Source: the human T2T-CHM13v2.0 reference genome, Homo sapiens
Assembly: GCA_009914755.4 (NCBI GenBank)
Contig: CP086569.2
Span: forward strand, 14,656,001 to 14,720,000
Length of the DNA: 64,000 nt
Direction: 5' to 3'
Shown here in pieces: positions 1 to 13,730 of the stretch. The notes beneath the pieces are model-generated. The model was not told where the DNA came from, ran no database searches, and saw only the letters and a list, made by a program, of their open reading frames with translations. The position numbers were made by a program, and so were the translations under genes. Within the stretch, counting starts at the first letter, position 1. Each line of letters opens with the position of its first letter.

Positions 1-325
1 TTTGCCTTCACCAAGACCGCGTATTTGCTTTACTTTAAAACTCCAAAGAAACACTAGGAAACAATCCCCTACAGCTTTTGGAAATGTTTTTAGTAATTCA
101 CAAATGAAAGTGACAACATTTAGAAGACAATCTGTGTATTCAGACATCATTATGTATTGACACATGCCTACTTGGGGTCACTATAGTTAGCTTCTTTACT
201 CTTCATTAATATTAATTAACATATGTAAAAAAGATTTCCATTTGCAATTCTGAGCAATTTTAAAACAAATAACTGAACTCATGTAAGCTTAGCCCAAAAT
301 TACTAGGTTTCCAGCCCAAGTAAAG

Positions 326-652
326 CAGTGGTCCCCAACCTTTTTGGCACCATGGACCGGTTTCATGGAAGACAATTTTTCCGTGGACCTGGAGGTAGCA
401 GGTGATGGTATAAGGATAAAATTGTTACACTCAGATCAGCATTTGATTCTTATAAGGAGTATGCTACCTAGATATCTTGCATGCATAGTTCACTGTAAGG
501 TTGGAGCTGCTATAGAATTTAATGCCGCCACTGATCTGACCTGAGGAAGAGCAGTAATGTTCCCTGGACTGCCACTTACTTCCTGCTGTGTCTCGGTTCC
601 TAACAGGCCACTGACATGTACTGGTCTGAGGCTTGGGGACTGGGGACCCCTG
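326..652 (+). mobile_element. Non-autonomous hAT-type DNA transposon relic (MER30-like)
   Basis: Begins cagtggtccccaacctttttggcacc and ends cttggggactggggacccctg, an imperfect terminal inverted repeat. Internal blocks (tcttataaggag..., gccgccactgatctgac..., cctgctgtg..ggttcctaacaggccac) resemble the MER30 consensus as I recall it. The 66-aa ORF 344..544 lies inside it. Confidence 0.45.
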
Positions 653-1631
653 AAGTAAAGGATTGTCATGGCTAAAACCTACAGATAGGGCTAGCTACAT
701 AATTTGTGAGACTTCATGCAAAATGAAAATTCAGGGAAACTTGTTCAAACATTATAAAGAATTTCAGCCGGTGATGGCAGAACAGCCCTTCTAAGAGTGT
801 GACTGTACCACTGTACAGCTTGCATGCCCCTGAAACTGGCTCTGCCTGTAGAACCTTGTGAACAAGATGACCCTGATTTTCTAATTCGCTAAGAAACACA
901 TCAATGCCAGTTGATTCGATTGGCCTTGCTGGTTTAAGCTATGTGAAGAAATACACATGTAAAATGATGTACTTGAAAAACACTCATAATAGGATAGCTG
1001 CAGATGGCTGTCATTCCAATTTGTTAACAGGCAGATATCAAAATTGCAGAGTGGAACCTGTGTATAAGAATAGGGGAAAGGGTGGAAAATTGCAAAACAA
1101 CTGTACAGCCTTTGAGCAAAGAGGATTCGAGCCTTCTGATGTAGCTTTGAGTAGAGGGAGTGCATCTAGATAGCCTGACTGTGCTTAGCTGGGTGCTTAT
1201 GGAGATCCTCTTTTCGAAGGTGAAAGTGCAATTGGGTAGGAGACGGTGGAGATGTCAGAGCAAAGGAACAGCAGTCAGTTGTCCTTTCGAATTGCAGTGT
1301 GCCTGGGTCTTTTTTCTCTGGGTTTTCCTACCTGCAAGGGGACTGTCACTTCCTGATGCGGCTGAGGAGAGTGTAGAGCTTTGTTACAGGTTGTGTGTTA
1401 TCAATGCCTCCTGTCTTTCTGTGGCAGGATCCTGGCTGGGGAGGGAGAACTCGTGTGCTAAAAGAGCACTGGAAAAGACAAGAGAGGCCGGAGCAGCCAT
1501 TCCAAAGCTAAAAAGGCTGAGTCAAGAGGCTCGGGGCAAATCATGGGGAAAGAAAGAGGTTAAGACGCAAGTCTATTTTGAATAAATCACTCACTGTGGG
1601 CGTGCAAAGCTTATTAGAAAAACAAACGCCT

Positions 1632-2146
<515 letters not shown>

Positions 2147-2428
2147 TCAGCTGAGTGTCCGGGGTCTCATTCCCAGAGACCCGCCCACGGGCCCTGCGTC
2201 CGCCCCTCCTGTCACACGCCTTCCAGCCAATGGCGCGGCCGCCTGTCCTTCTCATGCCACCCCTGGAGGGCAAGCAAGGAGGGAGGTTGGCTGGGAAGGC
2301 CTGGCTGGATTTGAAGTATCAAACTTTCCGGCGTGGTCGTTGCGGCTGCTGGGTCCCCAGAGTGCGGCCCCGGCGAGGAGCATGGAGCATCGGCCAGCGC
2401 CCGGCGCCCTCGCATCCGATCGGCAGCC

Positions 2429-2635
2429 ATGGTGCCCGAGGTGCCCGGCGCGGTCCTGACCCTCTGCCTCTGGCTGGAGGCCTCGGAGGGCTGCCTGGCG
2501 GCCGGCCCCGGAGCAGCTGCTGCTCAGCTGCTGGACGAGTCGCTGTCTGCCGGGAGCGTCCTGCGCGCCCGCTGCGCCTCCAGGTGCCTAAGCTTGCCAA
2601 TCATACGCATCTCTGCCTTCTTCCAGCACTTCCAG
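2429..2635 (+). pseudogene. ANOS2P: ANOS1 (KAL1, anosmin-1)-like coding exon 1; signal peptide plus N-terminus, 69 codons, ends in GT donor at 2636
   Basis: ATG at 2429 in a Kozak-like context (gcagccATGg). Translation is [69 protein letters not shown]. Anosmin-1, recalled from memory, is [69 protein letters not shown], about 60/69 identical. The exon ends in phase 0 followed by gttagtgg. The symbol is an inference: divergence from the X copy plus the nonsense codon in exon 2 suggest the Y-linked pseudogene KALP/ANOS2P. Confidence 0.75.
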
Positions 2636-2690
2636 GTTAGTGGAGACTCCCGCCCGCCCCGGGTTCTTTCTGGTGCTGCGGCCGCGGCGG

Positions 2691-2725
2691 GAGTGCACCC
2701 GGGCGCGAGAGTGCACCCGGGCGCG
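2691..2725. repeat. Tandem duplication of an 18-bp GC-rich unit (gagtgcacccgggcgcg x2) in intron 1 inside the CpG island
   Basis: gagtgcacccgggcgcg a gagtgcacccgggcgcg. Confidence 0.8.
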
Positions 2726-4299
2726 CGCCGACCAGCCTAGGCGCGAAAAGTTTTCGGCCAGCGCAGCGAGCTGACCTGGCTTCTCCTGGGCGTGGATCTT
2801 ACAGTCGGGGTGCTTAAATCGTGTTTTCCAGCCTCCTCCCGGCTCCCGATACGAAAAAGAAGCCCGAGGCGTCCTGCCCCAGTCTTGTCCTTCCCAGCAG
2901 GAAACCAAAGGCGATTTTCCTGGGGAGGGAGAGTCGTGAATGCCGAGGGTGGGTGTGTGGATGTAGCTGTTTCCCGGGAATTGAGTGCCCGAGATTCCAG
3001 GCGGGTGTCGACTCCCGCAAAGTCCCAGGTGCTCAGGAGCACTGGGAGAGAGTCCGGGAGGCGCACCCCGCTGCGCCCAGCTGCGCCCGGGGACCTTGCC
3101 ACGAGCCCCAGCTCCGCAGGTGCCCGCAGGCCGACACTTTTTCTCTTTTGAACGATGATTTTTCACCATCCGCGGGCCGAGAGCTCGCTACCCACCCGTG
3201 GATTCCCCAGCCACGGCACTTGTGCCAAGTCGTGTTCCAGGGTGCGTGTATGCGCGTGTTGGAGGGTGCAGGTGGCTCCGCGCGCCTCATTTCGGAGTCC
3301 CTAAAGATTCAAGGTCTTGTACACTAGCGTAGAGCGTCAGAGAAGTGCCGGGGACAGGGGATTTGGCAGGACGGTGTTTGGATACGCCAGAGACAGGCTC
3401 CAAGGTCACTGTCCCCCAAACCCCATACTTAGGTTCTTTTAGCCGGCGAGTAGAGGAGTGTGTGTGTGCGCTTGGTCGCGTGTGTGGGAGTCTACGGGAA
3501 CCGCGCGCTTGGCTCCTGAGGGTTGCCCGGACCCTGCCCCGTGGCATGGACCCCCGCGGGGCCTGCGCGGAGGCTCTGGGTGCGGGTGGGCACACTATGG
3601 CAGGTTTCGGACTCAGGGGGTGCAGAGTACAGCTGCTGCCTCTCCCAGCCCTGTCGAGCACGCGAGTTCTGAAACCCTGCGTATATTTTTCACCTCTCCT
3701 GTCATTCTTACCTCTGTCTGTAGGTGCCCACCTGTTCCAAGTTTCCACCGTCTCGCCTCAGGGAAATTCTGGGGGGACCAAAAGGAGAGGTAGGTGCTTG
3801 TTAGGAAGGCTGGCTTCCTGGCTGGGCGGGAACTGGAAAGCAAACCCTTGGCTCTTAATCTCGGGGCCTCTCCTGCCGGGGAGGGGAGGGGGTCAAGTGA
3901 GGGCCCTGGAAATTAAGCTGCCAGAGGAGGCGATATTATAAGGGTGGAGTGTGGAAGTGGTTCCCCGTAGCCCTTGGGGACGATCTTAAACCTGCTGGCA
4001 AAGCTGGCGCGTGCTCGAGTGTGCCCGTTGTGTTTGTTCTAAATAATAGAAGGAGCGTCTCCGGGGAGTCAGAGAAATGGGCACACTCTGCACTCCTCCT
4101 GAGTCTTCAGGGAATGGAAGACCCAGTGCTCACTTCTGTGGTGAAATTACCCAGACATCCTGGATAGAGCCAGGAGAGAGCCCGTCCCCAGTCACCTTGT
4201 TTCCAACCCTCTGTGCCCTACCATGAAAGTCGCTCTCCTGAGAAGATGCCACACTATTGCAGAAAACAAAACAGAGCAGCCTATTCCCGGGGAATAGGC

Positions 4300-4321
4300 T
4301 TTTTTTTTTTTTTTTTTTTTT
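4300..4321. repeat. Poly(T) homopolymer, about 22 nt
   Basis: Direct reading. Confidence 0.95.
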
Positions 4322-4660
4322 CAATTAAATTGTCAGTGCTGTTATTTATTTGTTTTACAGTTTCAGTGGCTAAAGCAGCAGCTTAGATGAAGCCATTTCC
4401 CCGAGAAAGGCATGATTTCTCTTCGGAAGAAAAACTGCTGACAGAATGCACATTGCTGGAGAATCCCAATTACATTTTAATTAGCTGGGGGTGACATAAG
4501 CTGCAAATTAGTTAGGACTTAATAAGTGCTGTGTTTGTCATCAATTGCAAGGCCATTCTTCAAGCTTTAACCCTAACCTGGTAATGCTTAAATTGATTTA
4601 TCTAAATGGCAGGGATTAAGCTTTCTTAAGATCTGAAAAGACAGCAACACACTCTCTTTA

Positions 4661-5058
<398 letters not shown>

Positions 5059-5068
5059 GAAGGAAGAT

Positions 5069-5180
5069 GGGCCGGATGCAGTGGCTCAAGGACTGTAATC
5101 CCTGTACTTGAGGCAGGCGGATCATTTGAGGTCAGGAGTTGGAGACCAGTGTGGCCAACATAGTGGAACCCCATGTCCAC
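5069..5180 (+). mobile_element. Truncated Alu (left monomer only) immediately downstream of the previous Alu
   Basis: ggccggatgcagtggctcaagg...ggtcaggagttggagaccag..ggccaacatagtg. Confidence 0.8.
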
Positions 5181-6950
5181 CAACTCATGACACCGCATGT
5201 GGTGTTTATTAATCTACTTGTAAAGGCTGGGCTACAAGAAGTCTTAGGAAGACTCTTTTTCTACAGGGTCACCCCACACCTCCAACTCCTGCAAATGAGC
5301 CCATCCAGAAAGCTGTCTCTGGAGCACATGCCTGTTTCCATCTTCTCTTGCACAGTTTCAGGCCATGTTTAAGGATGGGAGAAGATTGCCTGGCCTCCAG
5401 CCTGGATGCCAGCCAGGTATGTGGACTTTCAAGTATGAAAGCTGTCAGGCTTTGCCTCAGGAGAGCACAACTTATGCACTTGTGGTATAGGCAGTGACTC
5501 AGATTCCCTGGGGCTGTGACCTGCTGTTGTCAGCCTGCTGTGACTTTCCTCTTCAGCAGAGGAATCTAGACTCTAATAGTCTCCGCCCTAGTTGTCCCCA
5601 CTTTTCTCCACTGCCCAGCACTTCAGCAACAAGACAGAAAAGCAGTGGGTAGATGTGCATACCTAGTACCTCCAGGTCTGCAGGCTGCTTCTGCCACACC
5701 TGCATGCAGTGGCTGTCAACCACTCCTGAAAACACAAGGGACTCAGTACTGAGGCATGAAGGTGGGAATGCAAACCAAGAGTACCTGAGTAATCCAGCAC
5801 TGCTCTGACCTGGAATTCTTTAGAATGTCATACAGAAAGGAAGATGGGATGGAAACCCAATTATTTCACAACTGAATGCTTCCCTTCATTCATGAAAAGG
5901 AACAGTGAATGTTACCACCTCCTGAAATGTCGGTATCTGGCTCCAGGATGCTTTGTCCAGGGCATTCAGCATGGAGCTAATTCAGGCTCAAAAATATAAT
6001 ACATGTAGGAGGTTAGCAGAGTGAAGAGGAGCTATGAGTCTGTGAGCTATGGAACAGGGAAGTGGGCTTTGGGGCTGGGCAGATCTGCTCTGCACCCAGG
6101 CTCTGCTGCTTTGTATATGGGTAGGTAGGGTGGATTACACCATCTTCCTGAATATCAACCCCTCATGCATCCAGTGGGGGACAGAAGCACCTGCCCTGCA
6201 AGATGCAATCAGGACACGAAACGTGTTGGAATAATATACGCAATGGTAATACAGCAGCTCGCTCTGCCTGGAAGATTACTAAGAAGCAGCCACTCTGCTG
6301 GGTGTTTTACAAGTTTTACATCACATTTTATGTTCTAACCTGGCTGGTATGTTTCAGTGAATGGTATAAAATGTTAGGACTACGGTAGAGAGACTTATGA
6401 AAGTGTTATGGGGCACTGCTTGTATTAAATCTATGGATAAGTTTGTACTGCTTTCCAGAACCCTGACTCTTACACCATTTTTGGGGGAGGGGAGGTTTTG
6501 GACAGCAGTTAATGAAGCATATCCATATTATCCAAAGGCATTTTATCTATGAAATATGACCAGAAAAAACTGAAAGTGCATCATGCAATGCCTTGTGTAA
6601 ACCATAGAATTTCTGTGCATGGTCTAAGCTTACAGAGCCTTAGGATTCTGGTCAGCTACTTTTCAACATTTCTATTTAACTTACCCTGGGCTCCATATTT
6701 TGAAAGCAGGTTGTGTATCAACATGTGACATTTGTTAAGTATGACCTAGTTTTTCCTCTTTTCATTAATCAAATATATCCATAACTCTTTCAAGCTTTAG
6801 ATTATCTTTAGGTCTCCTCCATGACCAGAGGCAATTAATAAAATGAATACTTTGCACCATCATCTTAGGAAAATGGGTTATTTTGGGGAGTTTTCTGAAA
6901 TATTTTAAAAGAGGTGATAAATGCCAATTCCTTTTCCAGTAGAAGGAAAT

Positions 6951-7678
6951 TGGGTGGGTACGTGTACCACCAGTCAGGATGTTGTTGGTGGAATGATATT
7001 TTTTAAGCCGTCTTCCATAACACCAGCAACCTTTTCAGTTGTCCTCACCTGTGCAACTGTGGTGCAAAACTGCCTCCAGAAGCCAATAAGTGAGTGAGAA
7101 ATGCCATCCTGGTTCCCTGACAACTGACTGCTTCTGGATCATAACAGAGTGCTGTTTCCACTCTGTCTTCTCTCACTGTTAACATTCTAAGAAGTGGGTT
7201 CATTGAGTTCAAACATCTAGGAATGCAACAATAAAGACTTGAGTTTCTGCTATGGAGCCTTTGCAATCTCACTCTCAGGCCTTCAGTTTTCTTATCTGTA
7301 AAAGAAAATAACATTCCTGACCTCACAGAGTAGTTGGAACAGTCAAATATGTAGTTTATGTGAAACAACTTTGTCAACCCCAAAACTCTGCAAAACACAA
7401 TGCTAAACACCTTCAATCCTGTGGCTCAGAAATTCCAGAAAGCTTCTGAGTCAGACCCCACTGATTCAGAAGTTGTGTCCAACTGTAAGCCAAGAGACGA
7501 ACAGCCTCCTTTTCCCCCTTCTTACTCACTTATTGGCTTCTGGAGGCAGTTTTGCACCACAGTTGCACAGGTGAGGACAACTGAAAATGTTGCTGGTGTT
7601 ATGGAAGAAGGCTTGAAAAATATCAGTCCATCAACAACATCCTGGTGTTATTGATGGACTGGTGCATGTACCCACCCA
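6951..7678. repeat. Large inverted repeat: arms of about 146 bp (6951-7096 and 7523-7678, about 92% identical) around a 426-bp spacer
   Basis: Left arm tgggtgggtacgtgtaccaccagtcaggatgttgttggtgg...cagttgtcctcacctgtgcaactgtggtgcaaaactgcctccagaagccaataagtgagtgag. Right arm ctcacttattggcttctggaggcagttttgcaccacagttgcacaggtgaggacaactg...ccaccagtccatc...tacccaccca is its reverse complement. Confidence 0.85.
7195..7370 (+). mobile_element. MIR (ancient tRNA-derived SINE) fragment inside the inverted-repeat spacer
   Basis: ctcactctcaggccttcagttttcttatctgtaaaagaaaataacattcctgacctcacagagtagttg matches the MIR core ...ctctgtgcctcagtttcctcatctgtaaaatggggataataatagtacctacctcatagggttgttg. Confidence 0.55.
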
Positions 7679-7801
7679 ATTCTTCTTCTAACCCATAAGA
7701 ATCTGCAAAATACAACCATCTTTCAGGTATCTTAGATTGTGAGACCCCAGCATATGTGAGATGTGCTTCTTGGCTCCACAACAATTAATTTCTTTAAAAA
7801 G

Positions 7802-8113
7802 TTTTTTTTTTTATTTTTATTTTTTAGACAAGATCTCCCTTTGTCACTTAGGCTGAAGTGGCATGATTATATCTCACTGTAGCTTTGCACTCATAGGCTC
7901 AAGAAATCCTCTCACCTCAGCCTCCTGACTAAATAGGACTATAGGTATATAAAGTCCATACCTGGCTAATAGTTTTTTCTAAGTTTTTTTTTTTTTCCTA
8001 GAGATGAGATCTTTCTATGTTGATCAGGCTAGTTTCAAACTCCTGGCCTCCAGTGATCCTCTTGCCTCAGCCTCCCAAAGTACTGAGATTACAGGTGTGA
8101 GGCACCGTGACTG
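7802..8113 (-). mobile_element. Alu SINE (old, diverged; AluJ-like), minus orientation
   Basis: Poly-T lead, then gacaagatctccctttgtcacttaggctgaagtg...cctcagcctcccaaagtactgagattacaggtgtgaggcaccgtgactgg. Confidence 0.85.
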
Positions 8114-8570
8114 GTTAAGATAATTATTTTCTACTGGAGAGGCATTTAATAAAATTGCTGCAAGTTGTTGACATGAAGAAAGAAACTATTTTGAACATGA
8201 ATCGACTTTTAAATCCTTAAATATAGTAATTTAACATGATCAAAGGTATTGATATTTTTCAGATGAAGAAAGTCTTTTTTCCTTTTGTCAATTGTTTTTG
8301 TTTAGGCCCATCCAATTTTCCATGCCTGTAATGAAATGGCAGAGTTTTATCGAGATTCTTGGGTAAATGTTCCAAGAAACTGGAGTCCTGCATATCACAG
8401 GGGATGTTTGCTGTCTGTGAATAATAAGTCACAATGTCTGCCTTCTCAGCTGTGTTGCTGTTGTGTACGGTGGTGGGACATGTGTGGTAATTGTAGCTTA
8501 TATGTATGTGACAGCCATTTCCACAAGCTGAGAGTGCCTGACAGGCTTGCTTCACTGTCTTTTGTTTGGG

Positions 8571-8592
8571 GTTTGGGTGTGTGTGTGTGCGT
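8571..8592. repeat. (GT)n microsatellite, short
   Basis: gggtgtgtgtgtgtgcgttt. Confidence 0.8.
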
Positions 8593-9018
8593 TTACATTT
8601 TATAATTTTTTCTGGCATCTCTGCAAAATATAAAGTTAGGCAATGAGGAAATCTTTCAAAAAAAGAATTTTGAAACTTGTCAAGCCTGCTCCTGAGACCA
8701 AGATGGTAAAGATGTGAAGTTTGGGGGTTCTTTAATCCCCAAAGCTGTAAAACCTTTCCACAGGGGAGTCTGAGAAACAATACCCCATCAAAAGGCTTAG
8801 AAAGAATCCAGCAACTAATTGAAAGTCTTAATTCACATTCTGTTTACCCTTTTTTTTTAAATTGTAACTTTTTTATTTCATAGGGTTTTATTGCTCTTCA
8901 GGAAAATAATATTGCGTTAGTGAGCTCAAAAATATATAATTATGTGTTTCATATTAATTACCCTCCTTCTTGTAAAGATAAGGCAGATATGTTATCACTA
9001 CTTAAAAGGTCATATAAT

Positions 9019-9620
<602 letters not shown>

Positions 9621-10116
9621 ACCTAATGTATGGTGATATTAATTTGTATTTAAGGGGGATGTTTTTTCCTAATTCCAATGAACATGATTTCAATCACCTT
9701 AAGGGAACAATATGTCTTTCTCGTACTTCTATTTATTATCCAATGATCATGGATTACATTTTGACTTTCATAGCTAATTTTTGGTTACATCTGGAGATGT
9801 GGCAATTTCATAAAGTTCAGAAGAGAAGGCAAAACAGAAAGCCTATTTGATGGAATTAGAAACATTAATTTTGCAAAGTAATCCAAGGGATTCTTTTCCC
9901 TTGGATTAGATGGGAATTCATTTCTTATGAAATGTATGAATGTTTTCTCCTCATTTTTGTTCTCAGTTCACAACTTTTTTTTTTCTTAATTCACTATAGG
10001 ATTCTGGTACATTAATAATTCATATGTTTCGTACACACAACATTAATTTTGGTATTCTTTCTTCTCTCCAGTGCAAACAAGGTGTCTATCTAACAATAAA
10101 CCCCATGAGTTACATT

Positions 10117-10336
10117 CTTTTTATTTTGGAGACAGAGTCTTGCTCTGTTGTCCAGACTGGAGAGTGCAGTGGCACAACCTTGGCTCGCTGTAACCTCTGC
10201 CTCTCACATTCAAGCAGTTCTCATGCCTCAGCCTTATGAGTGGCTGGGATTACAGGTGCGCGCTACTATGCGCATTTCACCTGCCTCCACCTCCTAAAGA
10301 GCTGGGATTATAGGTGTAAGCCACTGTGCCAGGCCC
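10117..10336 (-). mobile_element. Alu SINE with an internal deletion, minus orientation, flanked by TSD atgagttacatt
   Basis: ttttattttggagacagagtcttgctctgttgtccagactggag...gctgggattataggtgtaagccactgtgccaggccc; TSD copies at 10105-10116 and 10337-10348. Confidence 0.85.
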
Positions 10337-10348
10337 ATGAGTTACATT

Positions 10349-10708
<360 letters not shown>

Positions 10709-11790
10709 TAAAAATAAAAATAAATCTCTCAGGTTAAAAGCAATTTCACCTATTCACTGTGTAACTGTTGAGTTCTTTGAATAGTTCATTCAAAGAAAGT
10801 TTATTTACTCTTGTTTAATTCTGTAATAGGGCATAATTTCAAGAGACAGTCTTATCTAGACTTACACAAATGTCCCAGCCTCTGTCTTTAAATGCCTATG
10901 CTATTGGAAGTAACAAGATTCTTCTGAAATGTGGATGCCTTGTTATACCACGTAGACCAGAAAGTAAGTTGACCAAAACCTGTAAACCAAAAATACAGAG
11001 AGAGATTTTGAACAGGATACACAGCTTATATTGATACCTGTCACCCCATCAGGTAACTCAGGTCCTCAGTGCTGTTATAACAAGCCCAGTATAACAAAGA
11101 GGGTCATTAGCTTGCTTTCCAACTGATAAGACTCATGCAGACTGCAAATTGAAAGATGCTTTACAGTCATAGGAAATAGTGATAATAGAATCATCCCCAC
11201 AACTGGAAGTGTAGGAATACTTTCTGAAAACTCTGCAGACAACTTCTGATGTGGTGCTTAGATTTCCACCTTTTATTCTTCATGGCTGGATACTTACTTT
11301 TGTCTCTGCCTGCTGTGTTTTATTTCTTGCTTGGTGGTCATTTCTCCCCAGTGGACAGAGTTTTGCTCATTGTAGAAGCGTAAGTGTACCTAAAACTAGG
11401 AGCAGAGAACTACGCAGTTGTAAGGAGATGTGATGGCCACCAGACAACAGAGGTTACCCATTCCTGCCATATGAATGACCACATAAAGGCAGAATCACAA
11501 ACCACATCACAGCATTGGCTCCTGTCCCCTAGAGTCAAAACCAATCCTGTAGAAGCCAATCCTGTTGATGCCAATAATGACAAGTTCATACAGAAGTTAT
11601 TGACTCTTTTCAGAGAGAATGAAAAGAAAATGGGAGGCCAGTTGCCAACTGTGGTTCTTTAAATTTCATCTGTGGCAAAAAGGGACAGAGATGTCACCTA
11701 GGGTGGTGTCCACCATCAAAAACAGTCATTGAAGGTGGCTACTTTGTTTCCCATTTCCTTTTCCATGTTTTGGGCTATTAAAGCTATCTG

Positions 11791-11925
11791 GGGCCAGGCG
11801 TGGTAGCTCATGCCTGTACTCCCAGTGCTTTGAGAGGCTGAGGTAGGAAGATCGCCTGAGTCCAGGTGTTCGAGGCTGCATTGAGCTCCAGTGGTACCAC
11901 TGCACTCCAGTTGGTTGACAAGAGT
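11791..11925 (+). mobile_element. Alu fragment (internally deleted or monomeric)
   Basis: gggccaggcgtggtagctcatgcctgtactcccagtgctttgagaggctgaggtaggaagatcgcctgagtccagg...cactgcactccag. Confidence 0.75.
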
Positions 11926-12049
11926 TAGGCCATATTCTCAACACAGAAAAGTCATTTCGAACTAGAACTTTGCCTTGAAAATCTAAAATTTGTGTCCCAC
12001 ATATCCTTGATGGATAGTGCCATCATATCTTTTGTTTAATCATTTATTT

Positions 12050-12423
12050 TTTAAATTTTAATTTTTATTTATTTAATTTATTTATTTATTGAGGTTGGGT
12101 CTCACTCTGTCACCCAGGCTGGAGTGCAGTGGTGGAATAATGGCTCACAGCAGCCTCAAACTCACTGGCTTAAGTGATCCCTCCACCTCAGCCTTCCAAG
12201 TAGCTGGGACTATAGGCATGCACCACCATGCTTGGCTAATTTTTTAACTTTTTGTAGAGACAGGTTCTTACTATATTGCCTAGGTTTGAGTTTTTCTTTT
12301 ATTAAAATAGAGACAGGGCTTTGCTATGTTGCCCAGGGTGGTCTTGAACTTCTGGCCTCAAGAGATCTTCCCATCTGGGGCTTCCAAAAGTGCTGGGATT
12401 ACAGCACTGTGCCCAGTCAGCCC
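12050..12423 (-). mobile_element. Alu SINE, minus orientation, with AT-rich (TTTA)n lead and internal insertion
   Basis: ...ttgaggttgggtctcactctgtcacccaggctggagtgcagtggtgg...gctgggactataggcatgcaccaccatgcttggctaatttttt...gctgggattacagcactgtgcccagtcagccc. Confidence 0.85.
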
Positions 12424-12793
12424 GTCACATCTTTGAGTAGGAATGTATTCTATCTTCTTGCTCTCTTCTGCTCTCTCTTTTTTTTTCCCTTTTCCCTCTC
12501 CCTCTCTTTCTATTTTGACATTTGGCTCTACCATTTTGAAAGCAGTACAGCCAAACCTAGTAGTGGTCATCATTCCAGAAATGGCCTGCATCTGGGAAAT
12601 ACTTTTTTTCCCCATTGGGCCAGAATTTAAAAGAAAGTAGAGAACATCTTTTAGTTGTTTTTGTTGTTTCCACATTTTTATGTCCAGAGTAATGAGCTAA
12701 TGTCCTCACAACTGCAAAGATATTTTCTAAAAAATCTGGGTAGAATATATTCTCTGCTTAAGTATCACAATCAACATTAGAAAAATATTTAGA

Positions 12794-13090
12794 GGCCGGG
12801 TGTGGTGAATTAAGCCTGTAATCCCAGCACTCTGGGAGGCTGGGGCTGGCGGATCACGAGGTCAGGAGATCGAGACCGTCCTGGCCAACTGGCAAAACCC
12901 TGTCTAAAAAAATTAGCCGGGTTTGGTGGTGTGCACCTGCAGTCCCAGCTAATTGGGAATGGCTTGCTGAGGCAGGGGAATGGCTTGAACCCGGGAGGCA
13001 GAGGTTGCGGTGAGCAGAGGTTATCCCACTGCACTCTAGCTTGGTGACACAGAGAGATCGCGTCTCAAAAAAAAAAAAAAAGAAAAAATA
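12794..13090 (+). mobile_element. Alu SINE, full length
   Basis: ggccgggtgtggtgaattaagcctgtaatcccagcactctgggaggc...cgcgtctcaaaaaaaaaaaaaaag. Confidence 0.9.
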
Positions 13091-13579
13091 TTTAGAGGTG
13101 AAACCATGTTAGACTAGTTGGCCATCAGTATTTTCATTTTTCTATTATCTAGGACCCATAGATTTTTGTAATATTTTAAACCTATTTTTAATAGGGCAAG
13201 ATTTGCCTACTCTAGTTCCATTTATTACTCTACAATGTTGAAAAAATGATGGAGGTTCATTTTTTACATAACCACATGAAATTAGAGCTGGACTTCAATT
13301 TCCATATATTTTTCTGTGTGTATATTATACATGTGTGTCTAGTTTAGGGGTTTGTTAAACTTGGCACTTTGAACGTTTTGGAGCAGATTCTTCTTTTTTG
13401 AGTGGAGGGGCTGTCCTGTGCATTTCAATGGTTCTGCCCGGCCTCTCCCAACTCAATGCTGGTACCATCCTTCCCACCCCTAGTCATGAGATAACTGTTG
13501 TCTCCAAACATCACAATGTGTTCTAGGGGCACAGTCACCTTTGTTGAAAACCACTGCTCTAGTCCTGTCTCTTTCTACT

Positions 13580-13730
13580 GAATATCTCTCTGGATCTATG
13601 TAATGTGTGTCTGCTTCAATATCTGTATTGGGATCTCCATATCTATGTCTGTGTCACCTTCCATCTCTGTCTCTGGGTCTGTATTTCTGTGTCTATCTCT
13701 ATTTATGTATATGTTTTGCTTGCACTCTAT
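13580..13730. repeat. Low-complexity TCTG/TATC-rich degenerate simple repeat
   Basis: Reiterated tctgt / atctct / gtctgt motifs; ORF 13603..13815 is a compositional artefact of this. Confidence 0.7.

Noticed and set aside
344-544. 66-aa ORF MAPWTGFMEDNFSVDLEVAGDGIRIKLLHSDQHLILIRSMLPRYLACIVHCKVGAAIEFNAATDLT
   Set aside because: Lies entirely within a MER30-like hAT DNA-transposon relic bounded by inverted termini. Chance ORF in repeat sequence.
7045-7654. Head-to-head ORFs 7045..7416(-) and 7400..7654(+)
   Set aside because: Their existence and mirror-image arrangement are by-products of the inverted repeat at 6951-7678. No coding evidence.
8259-8780. 173-aa minus-strand ORF in non-repeat sequence
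   Set aside because: No recognisable motif or family, no splice-site or promoter context, low-complexity His/Thr/Lys composition. Its length is within chance expectation for AT-moderate intronic DNA.
11384-11662. 92-aa plus-strand ORF in unique sequence near 11.4 kb
   Set aside because: No homology recognised, no flanking splice signals in frame, single occurrence. Treated as a chance ORF.
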